Below are positions 1 through 7,921 of a DNA stretch of 32,000 nt, piece by piece. Each line of letters begins with the position of its first letter. Position 1 is the stretch's first letter. The notes below the pieces were generated by a model. That model worked only from the letters and a program-made list of their open reading frames with translations. It was not told the origin of the DNA and did no database searches. Source of the stretch: Candidatus Omnitrophota bacterium (GTDB lineage Bacteria; Omnitrophota; Gorgyraeia; Zapsychrales; JANLHA01). The translations under genes were made by a program, and so were the position numbers. The DNA is taken from contig OY759724.1 of the NCBI GenBank assembly GCA_963662715.1, positions 510,001-542,000 on the forward strand, in the 5' to 3' direction.

Positions 1-193
1 ACGGCTCGTATTTAAAGGAATGGACATATTTCGATTTGATTCTTAAGTCTGTTTTTCCAATTTCATAAACTTCGCTTTCTTTCTCGATATCAACATCAAC
101 AAAGAAAGGATTCCCCTCCCACAGGCTGAGCTGGAGGATCAGGCTCAAGGACAGGAACAGGCGGGCGATAATAAATAATTTATGTTTTAACAT
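1..193 (-). CDS. hypothetical protein, N-terminal fragment (gene continues past the left edge of the window)
   Basis: ATG at 193..191 on the minus strand, open to position 1. My hand translation is MLKHKLFIIARLFLSLSLILQLSLWEGNPFFVDVDIEKESEVYEIGKTDLRIKSKYVHSFKYEP. The N-terminus is hydrophobic and signal/anchor-like. GGGGTG lies a few nt upstream. It is absent from the ORF track because it is truncated by the window edge. Confidence 0.4.
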   Translation of the reverse strand, partial: MLKHKLFIIARLFLSLSLILQLSLWEGNPFFVDVDIEKESEVYEIGKTDLRIKSKYVHSFKYEP

Positions 194-245
194 TCAGACA
201 CCCCAAAACGACACCGGGCAACTCATATAACTCTTCCAGATATTT

Positions 246-274
246 TCTATAATTTATAAATGAGTATCTTACAA
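246..274 (-). promoter_or_regulatory. candidate sigma70-type promoter for the partial gene at 1..193
   Basis: On the minus strand: TTGTAA (269-274), a 17-nt spacer, then TATAGA (246-251), about 50 nt upstream of the ATG. Motif match only. Confidence 0.25.
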
Positions 275-629
275 CTTAAGCCACAAATAGACAAGATTTA
301 AATTTGCAATCAGAAAAACACCGCACCCCACACAGCAAAGGCCGTTAACCGCCGGTCAGGGGGCTGGCTGAACAGATGAAATTCTCAGGCAAGGAATTTC
401 ACGGGCGGGGGTTTAAAACGCTGCAAATAAATATCTTATGGGATTAAAAAAGACAAAGAAAAACCGTATTCCTTATTCCTTACTGATACAAACTCGTCAA
501 AGGATATTGCCCTTCGGATTCTCCTAATAGCATACTCCCAAGACAAGCGGAAAAAGGCCCTTTGGCCAAGGCCCAGGCTCTCGAGGTGACTGGTTTCATA
601 TATCGGCCCTCCGCCGGAATCCCTGCCGC

Positions 630-668
630 AAAAAAAATGAACAACCCAAATCTTGATTGTTCATTTTT
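630..668 (-). terminator. AT-rich hairpin flanked by an A-run and a T-run; candidate bidirectional intrinsic terminator downstream of uppP
   Basis: ATGAACAA (637-644) pairs with TTGTTCAT (657-664) across a 12-nt loop. An A8 run precedes it and a T5 run follows. It lies about 80 nt after the uppP stop. Confidence 0.4.
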
Positions 669-747
669 CCAGAGTTGAAACAGAATATTTACCAAAGAAA
701 ACTTCCAAAGACAGAATGTCCTCTTTACGGCCCCGCAATCAATTAAG

Positions 748-1530
748 CTATGCTCCGGCCACAAAAAAATAAAAAGCGGCAGCCGCCAGGACACGGTAAA
801 CCCCGAAAGCCACAAAATTATTCCGCTGGATAAAATGCAATAAAAATTTGACCCCGGCCATAGCCACAACGAACGAGGTCACAAACCCTACAGCCAAAAA
901 CATCATTTGTTCCGTGTTTAAAGAGACGAAACCAAAACTCTTAAACAAATCCAAAGCCGTTGCCGCAGTCATCGTAGGGACGGCCAGGAGGAAAGAGAAT
1001 TCCACAATCGTTTTGCGCCGCAGGCCCAAAACCAATCCTCCGACGATTGTGGCCGCTGACCGTGAGACACCGGGGACCATCGCCAAAGCCTGAAAAAAGC
1101 CGATCAAAACCGCGTCACGGTAAGGCAGACGGCTCAGATCGTCCTTGGCATCGGGTTTCTCCTGATAACGTTTCTCAAAAACGATCAGGAAAATCCCCCC
1201 CAGGAACAGCGCGCCCACCACGACCCCCGTGCTCCCCAAAAGAACCGTCTTGATGACCTTATAAAAAGCCAGCCCCATTATGGCCGTAGGGATAAAGGCC
1301 GCACAGATCCTCTTCAGGACCTCAATATTCACTAAGAACGACCGCGCATAAAGAACGACCACCGCTAAAATGGCTCCCATTTGAATCGCAATCTCAAAAC
1401 TCGTCAAAAAATCCGTCTGAGGAAGACCAAGAAGCTTGGCGGCAAGGATCAGATGCCCGGTTGAAGAAACCGGCAGGAATTCTGTTAACCCCTCAACAAC
1501 TCCTAAGATAAACGCGGAAAATATATTCAT
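748..1530 (-). CDS. uppP: undecaprenyl-diphosphate phosphatase (UppP/BacA family)
   Basis: 260 aa. The N-terminus MNIFSAFILGVVEGLTEFLPVSSTGHLILAAKLLG carries the UppP signature (EGxTEFLPVSSTGH). The protein has multiple TM helices. ATG start with AAGGGTG upstream; TAG stop at 748-750. Confidence 0.93.
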   Translation of the reverse strand: MNIFSAFILGVVEGLTEFLPVSSTGHLILAAKLLGLPQTDFLTSFEIAIQMGAILAVVVLYARSFLVNIEVLKRICAAFIPTAIMGLAFYKVIKTVLLGSTGVVVGALFLGGIFLIVFEKRYQEKPDAKDDLSRLPYRDAVLIGFFQALAMVPGVSRSAATIVGGLVLGLRRKTIVEFSFLLAVPTMTAATALDLFKSFGFVSLNTEQMMFLAVGFVTSFVVAMAGVKFLLHFIQRNNFVAFGVYRVLAAAAFYFFVAGA

Positions 1531-1645
1531 AACACCCTTTTTCTAGTTTAAACGGTTTTAATCCGGTCCGCTGACCAGGAACACTTTATCGGGATGAAAG
1601 AATTCACAAAAACACCTGGAGAAGAATCCAGACCAGATATGGTCT

Positions 1646-2374
1646 TTACAATTTCTTAGCCACAACAATTCCAAAACACTTATAACGTCCGACCCTCTTT
1701 ATTGTCGCGGCCCTGAACCCCGCTTTGCGGCAGACCTCCGCCCACTGCCTGAGGCTTACGCAATATTCCCCTTGGTTTAAGATGTGTTTTTTCCCGTTGT
1801 CAAACATCTTGGAGAAGGCCCCCACCCCCGGATCTTTTAAAGCGGCAATCCACTCCTGTTCCAGAACCCGAAGAATTCGTTTAAACCTTCTGATATCGGT
1901 ATGCGCACCGGTCGTATCCATATCGACTTCACCGATGATCAACACACCGCCGGGCTTAAGAATTTTCAATATGGTCTTTAAAGCCGGCAATTTGTGCTTG
2001 AGATGGTGCAGCGTCACAGAGGATATCACCTTATCAAAGACATTACTCTTAAATTTTAATGACCCCGCATCCATCAGGCGAAGAGCCACCCTGTCCTGCA
2101 ACCTTAACTTCTGAATCTTATCCTTCAAAATTCTCAGCATTTCACCGGAATAATCCACTCCGGTAACAGAACAGTCCGCCTTCTGCAAAAACTTCAGGGT
2201 CAAAAGTCCCGTACCGCAGCCGATGTCCAGGACTTTATCCCCGTCTTTCACCCCTGAATTTGCGACCATGAGATCCAACAATTCCCGATGGAAGCTGATG
2301 CTCCCTAATGTCCGGTCGTATTCATTTGACCAGTTGTTAAACCAATGGCGGGTTGTGATTTTCTCTTTCTTCAT
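1646..2374 (-). CDS. class I SAM-dependent methyltransferase
   Basis: 242 aa. Motif I is VLDIGCGTGLLT, followed by an acidic residue (VTGVDYS) and LKPGGVLIIGE, as in Rossmann-fold Methyltransf_11/25-type enzymes. Confidence 0.85.
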   Translation of the reverse strand: MKKEKITTRHWFNNWSNEYDRTLGSISFHRELLDLMVANSGVKDGDKVLDIGCGTGLLTLKFLQKADCSVTGVDYSGEMLRILKDKIQKLRLQDRVALRLMDAGSLKFKSNVFDKVISSVTLHHLKHKLPALKTILKILKPGGVLIIGEVDMDTTGAHTDIRRFKRILRVLEQEWIAALKDPGVGAFSKMFDNGKKHILNQGEYCVSLRQWAEVCRKAGFRAATIKRVGRYKCFGIVVAKKL

Positions 2375-2528
2375 GTTTCGGGCATCCCTTGCTGCTGCAT
2401 TCTACCCCCACACAGACGGAGAGGCAAAGGAATTTTCAAGAAAGTCCGCAATCCCATAAAGACGGCCTGATACGCCTTTCCAAAAAATCCATCTTAATAT
2501 CGGGGAAGTTCAGGCGTGGGGAAAACGG

Positions 2529-2550
2529 CCGGGAAGATGAAGATTCCCGG
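2529..2550 (-). terminator. candidate intrinsic terminator after the BASS transporter gene
   Basis: CCGGGAA (2529-2535) pairs with TTCCCGG (2544-2550) across an 8-nt loop. On the minus strand it is followed by GCCGTTTTCCCC, which has only four T. It lies 12 nt after the stop at 2562. Confidence 0.35.
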
Positions 2551-2561
2551 ATAATGCCACC

Positions 2562-3485
2562 TTACTCTTGCCTTTTGCTATTCCATATGACCACCAAAAC
2601 ACTGGCGGTGATCACACACCATGTTGCAAATAAAGCTGACGGCAGGGCGGCTTCTGCGGAAAAATGTTTGAGGGCCAGAACCGCGCCCAGACCGGCATTC
2701 TGCATCCCGACTTCGATAGCAAGCGTTCGGCGGCGTTTTTGACTAAAGCCATAAACACGGCCCAGCCCATATCCACCCGCAAGCCCGGCTATATTAAGGG
2801 CCGCCACCGCCACAAAAATCAAGGCCGTAATCCCGGCCAATTTTTCTTTATTCAAAGCCACGATCAAACCGCAAATAAATGCGATGAACAACGTCGATAT
2901 CGCAGGAAAAACATTCACAATCCTGTCGATCTTTGCCCGGTACCGGTGCTTCAGCAAGAGTCCAACGCCGAGCGGCAAGACCACCATCATGAGAATGCTT
3001 TTAAACATCGCGAAAAAATCAACATGCATGTAGGTCCGGGCAAAAAGAAATGTAAATGACGGGGTCAGCAACGGGGCCAAAAAAGTTGAACATGTGGTGA
3101 TCGAGATCGATAACGCGACATCCGCCCGCGCCAGATAAGAGATCACGTTCGAGGCCATGGCGCCGGGGACAGATCCGGCCACGATCAGCCCCAGGGCCAG
3201 GGCCGGAGGGAGATGAAGCGCCTTGGCGATTAAAAAGGCCGCCAGGGGCATGATCATAAACTGCGTGACCGTCCCCAGCAACGGCAGATAAGGTCTTTTA
3301 AGGATCGGGATAAAATCTTCCGGATTTAATACAAATCCTATGCCGAGCATTGTAAACATAAACATATAATCCAGATAAGGCTTAAAAATTGTCAATGCCG
3401 GAGGATACAGATAACCTATGACGACCGCCAATATCGTCCAGACCACCAGTAATTCCGTAAACTTGACCAGTATTTTATTGATCAT
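2562..3485 (-). CDS. bile acid:sodium symporter (BASS/SBF) family transporter
   Basis: 307 aa with about 9-10 TM helices. Segments such as QFMIMPLAAFLIAKAL, VAGSVPGAMASNVISYLARADVALSISITT and AIEVGMQNAGLGAVLA match the BASS family pattern. Confidence 0.85.
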   Translation of the reverse strand: MINKILVKFTELLVVWTILAVVIGYLYPPALTIFKPYLDYMFMFTMLGIGFVLNPEDFIPILKRPYLPLLGTVTQFMIMPLAAFLIAKALHLPPALALGLIVAGSVPGAMASNVISYLARADVALSISITTCSTFLAPLLTPSFTFLFARTYMHVDFFAMFKSILMMVVLPLGVGLLLKHRYRAKIDRIVNVFPAISTLFIAFICGLIVALNKEKLAGITALIFVAVAALNIAGLAGGYGLGRVYGFSQKRRRTLAIEVGMQNAGLGAVLALKHFSAEAALPSALFATWCVITASVLVVIWNSKRQE

Positions 3486-3582
3486 AATCTTTTGCTTTCC
3501 GATGTCCTGACGGGGGGCCCTGGGGGCAGCGGAAGTTCTTCAATGTAAAAATATGTGATCAAAAGCCGCCCTGATTTCTTTA

Positions 3583-4269
3583 TTACAGCTGATCTATCCC
3601 GATAATATCATATGGAACGCCTCCGACCGGTAAATCCCCCTTCCACCTCTTCATTTTTGAATCATAAAAAGCCGACTCAAATAATCCTGTCCGGCATATT
3701 AAACCAAAAGCATCCTTACCGGCATCGTAGGAATAGTCGGCTGACGATGGATAATTAAGTTCCAGAATATCCGAAGGATATCGTCCGTTTTGTTTTTTAT
3801 ACTCTTCAAGCTCATGTATTGTTCTTACACCGTCTCTAAAAGGTTGCCTGACAATATAAGTGACGGCAAAACTGAAAAAACCGGCAAAAAGCAACGGGAC
3901 AGCTGTTCCCAGGAGATATTTTGAAAAAGCCGGTCTATGTTTTCTCCATAGGGAGACTAAAAACCAACCATAAGCTATAGTCCATAAAGAACCGGCTAAG
4001 ACCTCCGGAGGAACCGGGCTGAACAATACGCCCAACAGAGGCAAATTAGCAAAACAAAAAATTAAAAGAAATGGCCAAAGAATGACAAACGGAGCTATGT
4101 TAAAAACACCGCGTGACCGCGGCTTCAAGAACAATAAGACAAAAGTTGATAAAAAGTAGGTGTACCAGCCTAAAAGAATCCAAACCAACACGCTGCGGTT
4201 CTTCTTCCTGGCCAAATAAATATTACCCGTCACTCCCACAGCATAAAACATCAAAACCATTATGTTCAT
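3583..4269 (-). CDS. integral membrane protein, function unknown
   Basis: 228 aa: about 5-6 hydrophobic helices followed by a soluble C-terminal part of about 90 aa. The ATG overlaps the stop of the upstream MORN-variant gene (ATGA at 4266-4269). I recognise no family. Confidence 0.7.
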   Translation of the reverse strand: MNIMVLMFYAVGVTGNIYLARKKNRSVLVWILLGWYTYFLSTFVLLFLKPRSRGVFNIAPFVILWPFLLIFCFANLPLLGVLFSPVPPEVLAGSLWTIAYGWFLVSLWRKHRPAFSKYLLGTAVPLLFAGFFSFAVTYIVRQPFRDGVRTIHELEEYKKQNGRYPSDILELNYPSSADYSYDAGKDAFGLICRTGLFESAFYDSKMKRWKGDLPVGGVPYDIIGIDQL

Positions 4270-4940
4270 TCGTTATGACCTTTCGCCGGCTCCCGGTTCT
4301 TTCGATGCCCTTCCTTGTACCTCTCCTCGGCTACAAGCATCTCTCTTTCATCATAGACCTTGATCAATCCATCAAGAAGACCGTTTTTCATATTCCCGGC
4401 TTCTTTTAACTTTCCGTTTTCGTAATATGTTTTATACGGACCCTCATGCTTGCCGTCTTTGAAAATCATTTCACCTTTTATCATTCCGTTTTCATAATAC
4501 TCTTTATGCGGCCCTTCCTGCTTATCATCCTTGTAAGCCCCGTCCAATCGCAATTGTCCGTTTTTATAGTACTCTTTATACGGCCCCTCCAGTTTACCGG
4601 ACTTAAACGTCCCTTCGGCGAATAACAATCCGTCTTCATAATACAGTTTATAAGCCCCGTTGGCCTCCCCGCCCTTGAAAAGGCCGTCGACTTTCACCTG
4701 CCCGTTTTCATAATATGTTCTGCTGCGCCCCTCTAATTTTCCGTCCTTTAAGGTGCCGTCTCTTTTTAACTTCCCGTTCTCATAATATTCCTTAAATACG
4801 CCGTCTTGCATTACGGCTGTTTCATCTCCCCGGGCATCGGCATAATGCTCTTTCTTGTCTGTCCCAGAATCCGCCGCCTCAGCAAAACTCACATTGAATA
4901 AAATCAACCCCAGGATAACCGGCAAAAACAACCATTTCAT
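4266..4940 (-). CDS. secreted MORN-repeat-variant (YwqK-like) protein
   Basis: 224 aa. Signal peptide MKWLFLPVILGLILFNVSFAEA. About seven tandem 23-aa units follow the pattern G.FK.GK.EGPYK.YYENGKLK. A GGAGG SD lies 7 nt upstream of the ATG. Confidence 0.85.
   Translation of the reverse strand: MKWLFLPVILGLILFNVSFAEAADSGTDKKEHYADARGDETAVMQDGVFKEYYENGKLKRDGTLKDGKLEGRSRTYYENGQVKVDGLFKGGEANGAYKLYYEDGLLFAEGTFKSGKLEGPYKEYYKNGQLRLDGAYKDDKQEGPHKEYYENGMIKGEMIFKDGKHEGPYKTYYENGKLKEAGNMKNGLLDGLIKVYDEREMLVAEERYKEGHRKNREPAKGHNE
4300..4805 (-). repeat. tandem coding repeats of about 69 nt (23 aa) inside the MORN-variant gene
   Basis: The motif ccgttttcataata and its neighbours recur about every 69 nt on the plus strand. 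The protein shows repeated YYENG(K/Q/M) units. Boundaries are approximate. Confidence 0.6.
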
Positions 4941-5063
4941 TGATCTGCCTCCATTATTGCTTTAAGTTTTTTATCCCCCAAACGACAAAGGGCAGCGGGA
5001 GATAAAGGAGATACCCATATTTCATAATGGCTTTACCTGATTGAATCATCCTTTTCCATTCTA

Positions 5064-5106
5064 TCCCAAAGAAAAACTCTCTGCCACTAATTTAGTCACA
5101 GAGAGT
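5064..5106 (-). terminator. intrinsic terminator downstream of the YkgJ-like gene
   Basis: ACTCTCTG (5076-5083) pairs with CAGAGAGT (5099-5106). On the minus strand the hairpin is followed by TTTTTCTTT. It lies about 80 nt after the stop at 5187. Confidence 0.55.
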
Positions 5107-5186
5107 CATGTCGACTTGGGTGATTGGCTAAAACAGGTTAAAACCTGTCAATGCCCCTCAGGAAATTAGGCATTCACAACTTTTCT

Positions 5187-5999
5187 TCATGCGGAAGATT
5201 CAGGAGCCCGCGCGCTATCCGCAGCAAGATTGGTTAGCAGACTTGTTTTGTCCTTGCGGTTGCGGTACTTGAACTTGCTGAGCTTTTTGCGTGTTCCTTT
5301 GAGGTTGGAATCCCGAAATTTTTTTCGGAAAGTTCTTGTTAGCCATGTCTGTTCACTTCCTTTCTTCCTGTATTTTCTGAAAAGATCCTCATGATATCCG
5401 ATAATTTCAACAGCTCTTTTTACCGCAATATTTATGTTCCTAAAATCGTTGGCCAAGTCCATTGAAACTCCGTAAGCTTTAATAGCAAACTCACTTGAAA
5501 CGGGCGAATAAGATTTTATTTTTGATTGGCTTTGCACTCTTTGCACCTCTTGGGGGAAATAATTTTTTATTTCCTTACACAACATTATCTCCCGGTCCTT
5601 TTTTTCAGTAACACGGCTTGCAAACCCGAACAAACGGCAGAGTAAGGGCCGATAAGGATATACACTGCAATGCCCGCCATTTGAAAGCTGCTCTCGGGAA
5701 TAAAAAACACATCTGGCCCTCTCGTCCTCCGGATTTATTCGCTCCAGCCAATGATCAGCCTTTTTGCTTTGCAGCAAATAGACCGCTAGAGGCTGCACCT
5801 CGAGCACAGAAACACCTACGCAGGCATCACGGCAACAATTCCCGCATCCCGGAACGCAGCTTAGGGATGCCTTGGCCCGGAAGAGATCGATTTTCTTATC
5901 GATCTCGCGGAAAATATCCAACAAGGCAGTAACTTCTTTTTTTTTATAATCAGGCAAATAACTCAAATCCAGTTGTCCTTTTAATCCCAACATTTCCAT
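5187..5999 (-). CDS. YkgJ-family (UPF0153) cysteine-cluster protein with a basic C-terminal extension
   Basis: 270 aa. It has the Cys cluster CVPGCGNCCRDACVG and a later CSVYPYRPLLCRLFGF, as in the putative Fe-S/Zn-binding YkgJ family. The last 70 aa or so are Lys/Arg-rich (RKYRKKGSEQTWLTRTFRKKFRDSNLKGTRKKLSKFKYRNRKDK). Confidence 0.8.
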   Translation of the reverse strand: MEMLGLKGQLDLSYLPDYKKKEVTALLDIFREIDKKIDLFRAKASLSCVPGCGNCCRDACVGVSVLEVQPLAVYLLQSKKADHWLERINPEDERARCVFYSREQLSNGGHCSVYPYRPLLCRLFGFASRVTEKKDREIMLCKEIKNYFPQEVQRVQSQSKIKSYSPVSSEFAIKAYGVSMDLANDFRNINIAVKRAVEIIGYHEDLFRKYRKKGSEQTWLTRTFRKKFRDSNLKGTRKKLSKFKYRNRKDKTSLLTNLAADSARAPESSA

Positions 6000-6345
6000 T
6001 CATCCTTTCTTAACATAAACAAAAAAACGCTTCTAAGAAATCCATCGCCGCGCTTAACAAACCGGCAACAAATAACCTAAAAGCGTTTAACTTTCTTTCC
6101 TTTTAAGGCCGTTAAGAAATTAGTTCTCAAGCCTCTACCGGAAACTTCCCGGTATTTCAGGAATTTCATCCTCTTTCTATCAATTGTTTGCGCTCATTAT
6201 ATCATGTTTTTTGTCATGCAACAGAAAACAAAAAATAAAGACTACGGAAGGAATAACGAGAGAATCTCTATATTATTAGCTCTTCAATCATATAATCGGC
6301 CGACGGGGATATTTTTGAGGTCAGGTCGGAAAAACTGACTTTCAC

Positions 6346-7635
6346 CTATTCACGCATGGATTTAAACTCATATGCGCCGGAAGGATCCAGCGCATCAAGC
6401 AGCATCTGTACCTGCGGGTCTTCCGGATGCCTTGCCTGAAATTGCTGAAAGGCTTTCCTGGCTTCTTCTTCATGCCCCATCTGTATATACGCCAGGCCCA
6501 TCATAGTAAACGCCATATCAAATCCGGCGTCTGCGGCAATTTGAAGATGCTCAATGGCAGATTTGAATTCTCCTCTGCCCGAAAGATGTTGTCCATAAAA
6601 CAGATGTCCCTCGGCATGATCCGGGACTAATTGGAACAACTCTGCAAAAAACTTGTCTGCCTTCTCTCTGCTGCCGGGGATATCAAGATTATAAGCGAAT
6701 GTATTCGCCTTCCCCAACCTCAACAAAATTGGCTGACGTTCGGCCGTGCCGGCAAGCATATGCTCCAACCGGGCGATAACATCAAGCAATTCTTTCTCCA
6801 AATTTTCTCTTTGAATTTTCGAATCAAAATCAGGGGGATAATTCCGCGCATGCCGGAAGGCGGCCTGAAGGCACCGGTCGATTGGCTGAAAATCTTCGGG
6901 GGAAGAGTCATCCGCCACGCCAAAACCACTCAATATCCCTTCAAATTCAGGCGCATATTTATTGAAGTCCTCTTCAGCCGCAGAAAAGGTTATAGAATAC
7001 GCTTTTCCATTCTTATAGAAGAAATAATTCTTGTGTTTCCAGGGGATTTCATCTGCCGAGTGCTGAAGAAATGTCAGGACATAACATGGCTCCCCCAGAA
7101 AATTTATTTTCTCATCCGCCAAAACTTGCATCGTTTGTTGCTCGCGCAGACTTTCCCGGGTGTCCTCGAAATCTTGAACAGAACAGGGCATGGGAGACAA
7201 CAGGCTTATAACAGCTTTTCGATGAAGAATAAAACTGTAAGTGTTAACAGCTCCCTCCGCATAAAAATCCTGACCTTTCTCTTTCTCCAGACCGGCAAAA
7301 ACGGGGAACAATATCCCCTCTTTTAACAAATCCTCGTCATAGTCGTTATCTGTCTCCGACAGCTTCTGTGAACTTTCCTGTTCGCCTTTCTCAACCTCAG
7401 CTTGAAAAACAGGGATGAGGGAAACTGCCTCACGGGAAGAGTTGTCCATCATATTAAAAGGAATCCTGACAAGATCATCCGCCGTCTGTATACGGACATA
7501 TTCATCCGTCCTGTCAATAATATTGCCCTCATATTTTTTCCCATTCTTTAAACCAATTGTCTCAGATGAGCAGATATTAGCATAACCTAACAACATCACA
7601 GACAAATACACAAGACTTGCCGTTTGCCGTACCAT
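6346..7635 (-). CDS. secreted TPR-repeat-containing protein
   Basis: 429 aa with a hydrophobic signal-like N-terminus (LVYLSVMLLGYANICSS). The C-terminal 120 aa or so show TPR-like helical pairs (AIEHLQIAADAG...GLAYIQMGHEEEARKAFQQFQARHPEDPQ). AAAGGAG SD upstream. Confidence 0.8.
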   Translation of the reverse strand: MVRQTASLVYLSVMLLGYANICSSETIGLKNGKKYEGNIIDRTDEYVRIQTADDLVRIPFNMMDNSSREAVSLIPVFQAEVEKGEQESSQKLSETDNDYDEDLLKEGILFPVFAGLEKEKGQDFYAEGAVNTYSFILHRKAVISLLSPMPCSVQDFEDTRESLREQQTMQVLADEKINFLGEPCYVLTFLQHSADEIPWKHKNYFFYKNGKAYSITFSAAEEDFNKYAPEFEGILSGFGVADDSSPEDFQPIDRCLQAAFRHARNYPPDFDSKIQRENLEKELLDVIARLEHMLAGTAERQPILLRLGKANTFAYNLDIPGSREKADKFFAELFQLVPDHAEGHLFYGQHLSGRGEFKSAIEHLQIAADAGFDMAFTMMGLAYIQMGHEEEARKAFQQFQARHPEDPQVQMLLDALDPSGAYEFKSMRE

Positions 7636-7869
7636 TTTATGTCTCCTTTTTCTGTCGCCCTCCGCCGGTCCCGACGGCTTCTCCGGCGACTTGCCGCCCG
7701 ATAAAGCAGGCCTTCCAAAAACCCAAAAGCATTATATTCCCCGAGGACAATCTTTCCCATAAAATTCAAAAAAGTTCTTATCCCTATCCTGAGGGGAAAA
7801 ACACGCCGCAGGCCATTGTGTCCCCGCGCCCGTCGCTCTGCGAGTTTTTTGTCCAACATGCCGACAAGC

Positions 7870-7898
7870 AAAAAACTCCTCTAAAAGAGGAGTTTTTT
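7870..7898 (-). terminator. strong intrinsic (bidirectional) terminator closing the TPS operon
   Basis: AAAAAACTCCTCTAAAAGAGGAGTTTTTT: a perfect 7-8 bp stem (ACTCCTCT/AGAGGAGT) flanked by A6 and T6 runs. It lies 24 nt downstream of the stop at 7922. Confidence 0.8.
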
Positions 7899-7921
7899 CA
7901 TTTAGCAGAAATACGGGACTT

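Noticed and set aside
480-869. 129-aa minus-strand ORF overlapping the 3' end of uppP
   Set aside because: Its first third is out of frame over the well-supported uppP CDS. Only the internal ATG at 599 with its own SD is worth noting, and that is reported as a low-interest finding.
6025-6088. Long-range pairing AAACGCTT/AAGCGTTT followed by a T-run just upstream of the YkgJ-like start, as a possible attenuator
   Set aside because: The enclosed loop of about 48 nt has no convincing internal structure that I could fold by eye, and the T-run may simply be AT-rich leader sequence. The evidence is insufficient.
6317-6327. Shared 11-mer GAGGTCAGGTC (also at 29457-29467), reminiscent of the SRP RNA AGGUCAGGUCCGGAAGG
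   Set aside because: Neither copy continues into the GGAAGGAAGCAGC motif of SRP domain IV. Both lie 20-30 nt beyond the stops of minus-strand genes and form only weak 5-bp hairpins.
6631-7326. 231-aa plus-strand ORF antisense to the TPR gene
   Set aside because: It lies entirely within a better-supported minus-strand CDS that has a signal peptide, TPR motifs and an SD. Its translation has no recognisable features.
7596-7871. 91-aa (87 aa from the ATG) Arg-rich minus-strand ORF that fills the spacer between the TPS terminator and the TPR gene
   Set aside because: It starts inside the terminator hairpin, has no SD and overlaps the TPR start out of frame. Other frames and the opposite strand are also open here because of GC-richness. 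I cannot fully exclude it.
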